From NCBI GenBank assembly GCA_049584615.1, contig JBAUYE010000355.1, positions 3,876 to 67,875 of the forward strand: DNA of 64,000 nt, given 5' to 3'. The DNA is from Candidatus Sulfotelmatobacter sp. Lineage in GTDB: Bacteria; Acidobacteriota; Terriglobia; Terriglobales; Acidobacteriaceae. Positions 45,384 through 53,494 of the stretch are shown piece after piece; the stretch's first letter is position 1; each line of letters opens with the position of its first letter. A program made the position numbers and the translations under genes. The notes under the pieces were generated by a model that worked only from the letters and a program-made list of their open reading frames with translations, had not been told where the DNA came from and ran no database searches.

Positions 45384-46913
45384 ATGCCAACGTTCGCCGC
45401 AGTTGATATCGGTTCCAACTCCGTTCGGCTGAAGATCGCGCGCCTCACGCGCGGACGCCTTCGCTCCATCCATGAAGACCGCGAGGTCACGCGCCTGGGC
45501 GAAGGCGTTTTTCGTTCCGGCTTTCTCACTCCCGAATCGATGGCTGAGACGGTGAAGGTGCTGCGCCGCTTTCACCGGGCCACGCAGCAAGTGGTCACCG
45601 ATCCAGTGCGCGTGGTCGCCACCAGCGCACTTCGCGACGCCCGCAATTCGCAAGCTTTTCTGGAGTGGGTTCGGTCGGCCACAGGCTGGAAAGTCGAAAT
45701 CATCTCCGGATTGGAAGAAGCCCGTCTGATTCATCTGGGACTGGTCGCCAACCTCCGTGTGGATAGTTCGCCCGCGTTGATGGTTGATCTGGGCGGCGGA
45801 AGCTGCGAGCTGACGGTTTCCGGGCGCGGACACATCCGCGACATGGTGAGTTTGCCCCTCGGCGCAGTTCGCCTGACCGATGAATTTCTCAGCCACGACC
45901 CGCCGCGCAAGGGTGAACTGAAACGGCTGCAAGGCTTCGTGGCGCGCGAAGTGAACCGCATTGCATCGCGCGTGGTGGCGGCAAAAGTTAAGAACGTGAT
46001 TGCCACGTCTGGCACTGCCGCGGCGCTGGCCGCAGCTGCTAGCCATCTGCGAAAAAATGCAAGCCGCCAGCGCGCAGTCGTCTCCCGCACGGAGATGACG
46101 CGAATCGCCAAGCAGCTGTCGCGCCTGCCGGCAGACGAACGGCAACAGATTGAGGGCATCGGTCCGCGGCGGGCGGAAATCATCGTCGCTGGTGCGATCG
46201 TTTATCACGAATTGCTTGATCGCTGCCATCTCAAGGGTTTTCGTTATTCCCCGCTGGGCCTGCGCGATGGGTTGCTGGCACAGATGGCGGCCGAGCATGA
46301 CCACAGCACGCGGTCAGGAAAACAGATCGAATCGGAACGCTGGGAATCGATCACGCGGGCCGTCGCTCACTATCGCGTGGACCTGAAGCACGCGCTCGAT
46401 GTGCGCGAGTCTGCGATGTTTTTGTTCTCGGCGCTGCGTTCTGTGCACGGGTTGGCGCCGGAATTCCGCGAGTGGCTTTCGGCGGCGGCCATGCTCTACG
46501 AAGTGGGCGACTACGTAAATCGCAATGGCCATCACCGGCACACGTATTACATCATTTCGAACTCCGAGATTCTGGGTTACACGCCGCAGCAGCGGCGGAT
46601 TATCGCTTCCATTGCGCGCTATCTGGGAAAGTCGCGACCGGCGATGGAAGACGGCCCGATGAAGGCGATCGATCCGGCAGAGCGCGCCGGAGTGCAGAAA
46701 GCGATTCTGCTGCTGCGCCTCGCGCGCTCCTTGAACCTGGGCCGCAGCCGTGCTGTGCAAAAGGTGCGCGTAAGCCAGCGCGCCGCGGAAATTCGCCTGA
46801 CGCTGGTGCCCCGCCGGCGCATGGGAGTGGACCTGGAACTGTGGGCAATCGAGAAGGACTGCGCTTATTTCCGCGAAGTGTTCGGGCGCGAACTTTCCAC
46901 CGCCGCGGTGTAG
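45384..46913 (+). CDS. ppx: Exopolyphosphatase (Ppx/GppA family)
   Basis: FAAVDIGSNSVRLKIA, VDLGGGSCELT, GTAAALA and the C-terminal HD-like region (HHRHTYYIISNSE) are present. Confidence 0.9.
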   Translation: MPTFAAVDIGSNSVRLKIARLTRGRLRSIHEDREVTRLGEGVFRSGFLTPESMAETVKVLRRFHRATQQVVTDPVRVVATSALRDARNSQAFLEWVRSATGWKVEIISGLEEARLIHLGLVANLRVDSSPALMVDLGGGSCELTVSGRGHIRDMVSLPLGAVRLTDEFLSHDPPRKGELKRLQGFVAREVNRIASRVVAAKVKNVIATSGTAAALAAAASHLRKNASRQRAVVSRTEMTRIAKQLSRLPADERQQIEGIGPRRAEIIVAGAIVYHELLDRCHLKGFRYSPLGLRDGLLAQMAAEHDHSTRSGKQIESERWESITRAVAHYRVDLKHALDVRESAMFLFSALRSVHGLAPEFREWLSAAAMLYEVGDYVNRNGHHRHTYYIISNSEILGYTPQQRRIIASIARYLGKSRPAMEDGPMKAIDPAERAGVQKAILLLRLARSLNLGRSRAVQKVRVSQRAAEIRLTLVPRRRMGVDLELWAIEKDCAYFREVFGRELSTAAV

Positions 46914-47395
46914 AGAGTGCGCAGCGTTTTGGGCGTGAGGCACCACATCAACGTGCCGGAACTGCGGCGCATGTCAACCCGGGCTACGGCTCCTTTTTTC
47001 AGTTCCACCGAAGCTTCACAGCCGGACTCGCTGATTACGGTGCCGAGGAACTGGCTGAGGTTGGGATTGTGCCCGACGACCATGATCGATTCCTGCTTCG
47101 CGTACTTTTCCAGCAGACGGCGGAAGTCGGCGAAAGTCGCTCCTGGGCGCAATGCGGTCTCGATCTGCAGCTTGCCTTCGTAACCCATCTCGTTGCCAAC
47201 GAGCGATGCAGTTTGCGTGGCGCGCTTGAGCGGGCTCGAAATAATGCAATCCACCTGCGCCTCGATTGCGGCCAGCGCGCGGCCGACGTAACCGCACTGC
47301 TCAATGCCATCTTTGTCGAGCGCGCGCTTTTCGTCTTTCTTCGGGTTAGCGAAGGGTTCGCCGGCGCTCGCGTGACGTAGAAAATAAATAATCAT
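46865..47395 (-). CDS. SixA-like phosphohistidine phosphatase (histidine phosphatase superfamily)
   Basis: MIIYFLRHASAGE contains the RHx catalytic motif, and VVGHNPNL is also present. The gene lies between ppx and ppk1, and its 3' end overlaps the ppx 3' end by 49 nt. Confidence 0.8.
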   Translation of the reverse strand: MIIYFLRHASAGEPFANPKKDEKRALDKDGIEQCGYVGRALAAIEAQVDCIISSPLKRATQTASLVGNEMGYEGKLQIETALRPGATFADFRRLLEKYAKQESIMVVGHNPNLSQFLGTVISESGCEASVELKKGAVARVDMRRSSGTLMWCLTPKTLRTLYTAAVESSRPNTSRK

Positions 47396-47402
47396 TGGGA
47401 AT

Positions 47403-47447
47403 TATCGTTCTCTGGGCTATCGTACTCTCGGTTATCGTACTCTGCCG
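47403..47447. repeat. Three tandem copies of a 15-bp unit spanning the ppk1 stop codon
   Basis: The copies are TATCGTTCTCTGGGC (47403-47417), TATCGTACTCTCGGT (47418-47432) and TATCGTACTCTGCCG (47433-47447). The ppk1 stop TAA is the complement of 47432-47434. Confidence 0.85.
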
Positions 47448-49588
47448 GCGGGAGCTTTGCGCTTGGGTGGCGGAAGCTGCGGTATCGAGAAATCCGCCGC
47501 CTGCTTGCCTTCCGCAACACCGATTAAAAAATCCTGCGCGCTGAAGGCGGCTGCACCCGTCGGCGGCTTGCGATCACGTTTGCCATGCATCGGCTGCCAG
47601 GCCCGAATGTAAGTTGCATCGGGTAGCAGGATGCGAGCCTTGCGATTATCCGCCAGATAGGCGTCGAGAATTTCGCGGCGCACGCGCTCGCGCAGGAATT
47701 CGTCGCGCAGCGGCACCAGCACTTCGACCCGCTCGTAAAGATTGCGCGGCATCCAGTCAGCGCTGCCGATATAGATTTCTTCCTCGCCGCCATTCGCGAA
47801 GTAGTAAATGCGGCTGTGCTCGAGAAAGCGCCCGACTATACTGCGCACCCGGATGCGGTCACTCACGCCCCGCACGCCCGGCCGCAGGGCGCAAATGCCG
47901 CGCACGATCAGATCGATTTCCACACCGGCCTGAGAAGCACGATATAGCGCCTGCACAATGTTTTTGTCGAGCAGGGCGTTCATCTTGGCGATGATGCGCC
48001 CGGGGCGGCCTTGCCGCGCCTGATCGGCCTCGCGATCGATGAGCGCAATCACCTTCTCCGCGAGGTCAAGCGGGGCCACCAGCAGCGGGTCATAGCTGGG
48101 ATTCTCGGCGTACGCAGTGAGGAAACTAAAAACGTCATGCACCGCGCGGGTAATCTCAGGATTCGCCGTGAATAGGCTGAGATCCGTATAGATGCGCGCC
48201 GTGGTGGCGTTATAGTTGCCGGTTCCGATGTGGGCATAGCTGCGTACGCCATCGGGATCGCGGCGCACCAGCAGTGAAAGCTTGCAATGCGTCTTCAGGC
48301 CAACCAGCCCGTGAAACACTTGCACTCCAGCATCTTCCATCTCGCGCGCCCAGCGAATGTTGTGGGCTTCGTCGAACCGGGCCTTCAACTCGACCACCGC
48401 GGTGACTTCCTTGCGCGAGGCTGCGTCCATCAGCGAAGGAACGATCATAGAATGCTCGCTGGTGCGGTAGAGCGTCTGTTTGATGGAAAGTACGTGCTCG
48501 TCTTCTGCCGCTGACTCGATGAACGCCACCACCGCATCGTAGGAATCGTAAGGATGATGCAGCAGAACGTCGTGCCGCCGCAGTTCCTCGAAAAGATTCT
48601 GCGACTTGGCGGTAAGCCGCAATTCCCGCGGGGCGAAGCTGCGATACTTCAGATCCGGACGCTGCGCCTGCTCGTAGACGTTAAATAGCCGCGAAAGGTT
48701 GACCGGCCCGTTCACAGGAAAAACCTGCCAGGGATCGAGTTCGAACACAGTGCGCAGGCGGTCGATGATTTCAGGATCGGCATCGGCCTCGATTTCCATG
48801 CGAACAGCGTCGCCTTTGCGGCGGTTGTGCAACTCCGCCCGGACGGATTCGAGAAGATTGCGCGCTTCTTCTTCCTGCAGATAAAGATTGCTGTTGCGGG
48901 TCACGCGGAAGGGCGCTGAGGAAACGATGTCATAGCCGTGATACATGTTCTGGGCGTGGTGCGCGACCAGGTCTGCGAGAAAAATGAAGTCAGTCGTAGC
49001 ATCTGAAGGCAGGCGAACCAGCCGGGGCAGCGCGCGCGGCACCGATACCACGCCGGTGTAGGTGAGCGCGGAGCGGCGACGCCGGCGCAAAAGAAATCCC
49101 AGGCACAGCGCCTTGTTGATCACTCGTGGAAAGGGATGAGTGGGATCGACGGTCACCGGGGTGAGCAGAGGATCCAGTTCTTTTTCGCAGTATTGGTCGA
49201 CGAACCGCCGGGCCTCCGCGTCGAGTTCGTGCAGGCTCAGCAACCGAATTCCGTGTTCGGCTAGCGCGGGGCGCAACGCGTTCCAGCATTCGTACTGGTC
49301 ATCGACGAATTTGTGACTTTGACGCGCTAGAACCTCGCGCTTCTCGGTCAGCGTCAACCCATCGGGACCGGCCTCGTTATAGCCGTCCTCGATCTGCTGC
49401 TCCATGGCCGCTACACGAATCTCGAAGAACTCATCCAGATTGCTGGCGGAAATGGCGAGAAACTTCAGCCGCTCCAGAAGCGGGTTGCCTTCGTCCTGGG
49501 CTTCTTCGAGCACACGCCGGTTGAACGCGATCCAGGAGGTATCGCGGTTGAGATAATACGCAGGATTCTCCAGCGAAAGACGAGCCAT
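47432..49588 (-). CDS. ppk: Polyphosphate kinase 1
   Basis: The 718-aa ORF has N-terminal YLNRDTSWIAFNRRVLEEAQDEGNPLLERLKFLAISASNLDEFFEIRV and two PLD-like HKD-type regions (KTHCKLSLLVR, GRFLEHSRIYYF). Confidence 0.95.
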   Translation of the reverse strand: MARLSLENPAYYLNRDTSWIAFNRRVLEEAQDEGNPLLERLKFLAISASNLDEFFEIRVAAMEQQIEDGYNEAGPDGLTLTEKREVLARQSHKFVDDQYECWNALRPALAEHGIRLLSLHELDAEARRFVDQYCEKELDPLLTPVTVDPTHPFPRVINKALCLGFLLRRRRRSALTYTGVVSVPRALPRLVRLPSDATTDFIFLADLVAHHAQNMYHGYDIVSSAPFRVTRNSNLYLQEEEARNLLESVRAELHNRRKGDAVRMEIEADADPEIIDRLRTVFELDPWQVFPVNGPVNLSRLFNVYEQAQRPDLKYRSFAPRELRLTAKSQNLFEELRRHDVLLHHPYDSYDAVVAFIESAAEDEHVLSIKQTLYRTSEHSMIVPSLMDAASRKEVTAVVELKARFDEAHNIRWAREMEDAGVQVFHGLVGLKTHCKLSLLVRRDPDGVRSYAHIGTGNYNATTARIYTDLSLFTANPEITRAVHDVFSFLTAYAENPSYDPLLVAPLDLAEKVIALIDREADQARQGRPGRIIAKMNALLDKNIVQALYRASQAGVEIDLIVRGICALRPGVRGVSDRIRVRSIVGRFLEHSRIYYFANGGEEEIYIGSADWMPRNLYERVEVLVPLRDEFLRERVRREILDAYLADNRKARILLPDATYIRAWQPMHGKRDRKPPTGAAAFSAQDFLIGVAEGKQAADFSIPQLPPPKRKAPAGRVR

Positions 49589-49847
49589 GTGCGAGGGTGC
49601 TACGCCTTCATTCGCGCGATCTTTTGTTGCCGAGGGGAAACGGCTTTACGACCATCTAGTATAAAACATCCGCCCCGCCGGGCGCAGAACGGCGAATCGA
49701 GGGAGGCACACGACGCGATCGTCCGCCATGTGGGTCTTGCGCGGAAAACGGTGCCATCCGATGCGCGGGAGGAGATCGCAAAGAGCCAGGCGCCCGACCG
49801 GCGGGCATTGAGACTTGCGCTACCTGGCTAGCCCTGCCTGGCTAGTC

Positions 49848-50888
49848 CTACCGGACCTGCTTGATTACCAGTTTCTCTTTTTGGACAACGCTTTCCGGCA
49901 ACGGAGCGTAAGAGAGAGCAGATGTCATCTTCTGTCCATCCGTCACCATCCAGTTCAGAAAATCGGCCAGGATCTTACCTTTCGCCGCATCTTTTGACTG
50001 CTGGGGAATCAGCAGCCAGGTGAAACTGGAAATGGGATAAGCGTCCTTGCCCGGTGCATCGGTGATAGAGACGCGAAAATCCGCAGGCATTTTGGGCGAG
50101 GAGGCGGCGGCCGCAGTCACTCCTTCTAGCGACGCCTTCAGGAAATTGCCGGCCGCATTGCGAACGCTGCCGTACGGAATATTATTCTGCAGGGCATAGA
50201 TCAGTTCGATGTAGCCGATGCCTCCCTGCATCTGCCGGATCATCCCAGCGACCCCTTCGTTTCCTTTTCCGCCCAGTCCGACCGGCCATTTAACGGACGT
50301 GTTGCTGCCCACTTCGCTCTTCCAGTCGGGGCTGACTTTCGAGAGATAGTCGGTCCAAATGAAAGTGGTGCCGCTGCCGTCGGAGCGGTGAACCACGATG
50401 ATGTCTTTGTCGGGAAAATTGAGGCCCGGGTTTACGCTGGTGATCGCCTTGTCATTCCACTTGGTGATTTTGCCTAAAAAGATTCCCGCCAGGGCATCTG
50501 GCGTAAACTTCACTTCCCCACTCACTCCCGGAATATTGTAGGCGGGGACGACCGCACCCAACACGCTGGGGATGTTGAGAACCTTAGTCTTCAACTTGGT
50601 TTGAGCTTCCGCGAGCTGCCCATCTGTCATGGGCATATCGCTGGCGCCAAAATCCACCGTTCCTTCCGTCACTTGGCGGATGCCACCGCCACTGCCGATA
50701 GACTGGTAATTGACCTCAATATTAGGATGCAGCTTGTGATATTCGCTGAACCACTTCGAGTAAATTGGGTTGGGGAACGTCGCGCCAGCTCCGTTCAGCG
50801 TGGTCTGCCCTAATGCGGGCAAGGCTACAAAAGCGCACAACAGAAGCAGGGTGAGTCTGCGCATGGCTCGATGGATCCTCCTGAACAT
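49848..50888 (-). CDS. pstS: Phosphate ABC transporter substrate-binding protein PstS
   Basis: A signal peptide RRLTLLLLCAFVALPALG is present, with GAGATFPNPIYSKW, IGSGGGI and HRSDGSGTTFIWTDYL. An alternative start at ATG 50864 is preceded by AGGAGG and may be the real one. Confidence 0.9.
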   Translation of the reverse strand: MFRRIHRAMRRLTLLLLCAFVALPALGQTTLNGAGATFPNPIYSKWFSEYHKLHPNIEVNYQSIGSGGGIRQVTEGTVDFGASDMPMTDGQLAEAQTKLKTKVLNIPSVLGAVVPAYNIPGVSGEVKFTPDALAGIFLGKITKWNDKAITSVNPGLNFPDKDIIVVHRSDGSGTTFIWTDYLSKVSPDWKSEVGSNTSVKWPVGLGGKGNEGVAGMIRQMQGGIGYIELIYALQNNIPYGSVRNAAGNFLKASLEGVTAAAASSPKMPADFRVSITDAPGKDAYPISSFTWLLIPQQSKDAAKGKILADFLNWMVTDGQKMTSALSYAPLPESVVQKEKLVIKQVR

Positions 50889-50915
50889 GGATGTTCTCGT
50901 TTTTATCGGCGCAAT

Positions 50916-50954
50916 ATTACAGCATGGTTACAAACGGATGAATTTCTGATGAAC
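50916..50954. promoter_or_regulatory. Pho-box-like array: four hexamers at exact 11-bp phasing in the pstS/GH15 divergent region
   Basis: The plus strand reads ATTACA gcatg GTTACA aacgg ATGAAT ttctg ATGAAC. On the pstS strand this is GTTCAT-N5-ATTCAT-N5-TGTAAC-N5-TGTAAT, followed 8 nt later by GATAAA. Confidence 0.4.
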
Positions 50955-51070
50955 GGCCGGGCATTTACGGCGTCGACGTCACTGAAGGCTGCGAGTGTGC
51001 AATCTCCTCTACAATCTGAACATCGCCCCTGGAGCGCCCCGGTTCCACGATTGGGTTGCAATCCGGCGGA

Positions 51071-53494
51071 ATGCCCCAGGACGAAAATTTCATGAGCGAT
51101 TCTATACGCTACGCCCCCGGTTGGCCGGGCATTCCACCCCGCTGGACCTCGAGCGCCAAAACCGGCGTCGGCACGGCGCTGAACCAGCACAGCAAAGTCT
51201 GGTTCACGCTGAGTCACGGCATTCTAAATGAAGTGTACTTCCCGCGCGTAGACCAAGCCTGCACCCGCGACCTCGGCTTCCTGGTAACCGATGGCCGAAG
51301 CTTCTTTTCTGAAGAGAAACGCCACTGCACGTTTGAGAACCTTCCCTTCGAGCCGGGCGTCCCCGCCTTCGAACTGACGAACACCGAAATCGGGGGCCGC
51401 TATCGCATCCACAAAGAAGTTTTCACCGATCCTTACCGCAATGTGCTGCTCCAGAAAATCCGCTTTGAGCCGCTGCAGGGCCGGCTCTCCGACTATCACC
51501 TTTATGCGTTGCTCTCGCCCCACCTGGCCAACTGCGGTTACCGCAACACCGGTTGGGTCGGCGAATACAAAGGGCTGCCCTTGTTCTTCGCTGAGAACGA
51601 CGGAACCGCTTTGGCACTGGGCAGCTCGGCCCCCTGGAAAAAAATGTCGGTCGGATTCGTGGGCGCCTCCGACGGATGGCAGGACATCTCGGCTCATTTC
51701 CGGATGGAGTGGGAATACCAGCGCGCAGAAAATGGCAATCTGGCCTGCACCGGAGAAATTGACCTCGCGGCCTGCAACGGAGAGTTCTTGCTGGCCCTGG
51801 GGTTTGGCGCGAAGTCGACGGAGGCAGGACAACAAGTGCGCTCCAGCCTGTTGGAAGATTTCGGCGAGCTTCGCGAACATTATGTTTTCCACTGGAAAAA
51901 CTGGCAGAGCACGTTGCTCAAGCTCGACGAACCGAAACGCCAGTACGATCTCTACCGCGCGTCGACGGGAGTCTTGCGCACGCACGAGTCCAAGGACTTT
52001 CTGGGCGGGATCATCGCCAGCCTTTCGATCCCCTGGGGATTCGACAAAGGTGACGAGGATCTCGGCGGTTACCACCTGGTGTGGCCGCGCGATCTGGTTG
52101 AGACTGCGGGAGCATTGCTGGCCGCCGGCGCCGCTAGCGAGGCCGTCAGAGTGCTTCGCTACCTCGAATCCACGCAGGAGGCTGAGGGCAACTGGGCGCA
52201 GAATCTCTGGCTCGACGGGCGCTCTTACTGGAGCGGCGTGCAGATGGACGAAACCGCCTTCCCCATCCTGTTGCTCGATCTGCTGCGCCGTAAAGCCGCG
52301 CCTGGCCTGGGCAAGCTTGAGCGCTGGTGGCCCATGGTGCGCAAAGCTGGGAGTTTTATCCTGCGCAACGGCCCGGTCACGCAGCAGGATCGCTGGGAAG
52401 AAGACGCGGGCTATTCCCCCTTCACTCTCGCGGCGGAAATTTCCGCGCTCTTGGCCGCAGCAGACATCGCCGAATTAACCGGTCACCCCGATGCCGCTCC
52501 TATCCTGCGTGACACTGCAGATGCCTGGAACGACAACATCGAGCGCTGGGTCTATGCGACGGGCGGCGAGCTCGCCCGGCAAATCGGCGTGGAAGGCTAC
52601 TACGTGCGCATCGCTCCACCAGACACAGATGGCGCGGCCTCGCCAACGCAGGGTTTCGTGCCGATCAAGAACCGCCCTCCCGGCGATAATCCGGAACGCG
52701 CATTTCACATCATTAGTCCGGATGCACTGGCGCTGGTGCGCTTCGGATTGCGCACGCCGGATGATCCGCGCATCCTCAATACCGTGAAGGCGGTTGACGC
52801 TCTTTTGCGCGTGCAACTGCCGCAGGGAGCCTGCTGGTACCGCTATAACGGCGACGGCTACGGCGAGCACAAGGATGGTTCGGCGTTTAACGGCACCGGC
52901 ATTGGCCGCCCCTGGCCCCTGTTGGCCGGGGAACGCGCTCACTATGAAATTGCCGCCGGGCGCACCAGCGAAGCGGACGCTTTGCTTACGATGATGGAAA
53001 ACTGCACCGTGGGTCACAGCCGCCTGCTCTCGGAGCAAGTCTGGGATGCCGACGATATTGCCAGCCTCGAGCTGTTCCGCGGCAAGCCCACCGGATCCGC
53101 TTGTCCGCTGGTCTGGGCTCACTCCGAATACATCAAGTTGCGCCGCTCCCTGCGCGACGGAAAGATTTTCGACCAGCCTCCGCAGACAGTACAACGCTAC
53201 CAGGTTGAAAAGCCCACACGAGAGTTCTCGGGCTGGAGGATTAACAACAAGCCTCGCTCGATTCCGCGCCACAAGAAGCTGCGCATCAAGTTGCTCGATC
53301 CCGCGCTGGTGCACTGGAGCATTGACGGCTGGAAGAGTGCGCACGACATAAACACCCGCGACACCGGCCTGGGCCTCCACATACTCGACCTGCCGACAGC
53401 TTCGCTTCCCGCGGGAAGCCAAATCGTGTTCACGTTTCTTTGGACGCAGGAGAATCGCTGGGAGGGTACGGACTACACGGTCACGGTGGTCTAG
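51071..53494 (+). CDS. Glycoside hydrolase family 15 protein (bacterial glucoamylase/glucodextranase/trehalase type)
   Basis: YAPGWPGIPPRWTSSAKTGVGTA marks the N-domain. GGYHLVWPRDL, RWEEDAGYSPFTLAAE and GRPWPLLAGERAHYE mark the (alpha/alpha)6 catalytic domain. The start is uncertain (TTG 51056, ATG 51071 or ATG 51092). Confidence 0.85.
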   Translation: MPQDENFMSDSIRYAPGWPGIPPRWTSSAKTGVGTALNQHSKVWFTLSHGILNEVYFPRVDQACTRDLGFLVTDGRSFFSEEKRHCTFENLPFEPGVPAFELTNTEIGGRYRIHKEVFTDPYRNVLLQKIRFEPLQGRLSDYHLYALLSPHLANCGYRNTGWVGEYKGLPLFFAENDGTALALGSSAPWKKMSVGFVGASDGWQDISAHFRMEWEYQRAENGNLACTGEIDLAACNGEFLLALGFGAKSTEAGQQVRSSLLEDFGELREHYVFHWKNWQSTLLKLDEPKRQYDLYRASTGVLRTHESKDFLGGIIASLSIPWGFDKGDEDLGGYHLVWPRDLVETAGALLAAGAASEAVRVLRYLESTQEAEGNWAQNLWLDGRSYWSGVQMDETAFPILLLDLLRRKAAPGLGKLERWWPMVRKAGSFILRNGPVTQQDRWEEDAGYSPFTLAAEISALLAAADIAELTGHPDAAPILRDTADAWNDNIERWVYATGGELARQIGVEGYYVRIAPPDTDGAASPTQGFVPIKNRPPGDNPERAFHIISPDALALVRFGLRTPDDPRILNTVKAVDALLRVQLPQGACWYRYNGDGYGEHKDGSAFNGTGIGRPWPLLAGERAHYEIAAGRTSEADALLTMMENCTVGHSRLLSEQVWDADDIASLELFRGKPTGSACPLVWAHSEYIKLRRSLRDGKIFDQPPQTVQRYQVEKPTREFSGWRINNKPRSIPRHKKLRIKLLDPALVHWSIDGWKSAHDINTRDTGLGLHILDLPTASLPAGSQIVFTFLWTQENRWEGTDYTVTVV

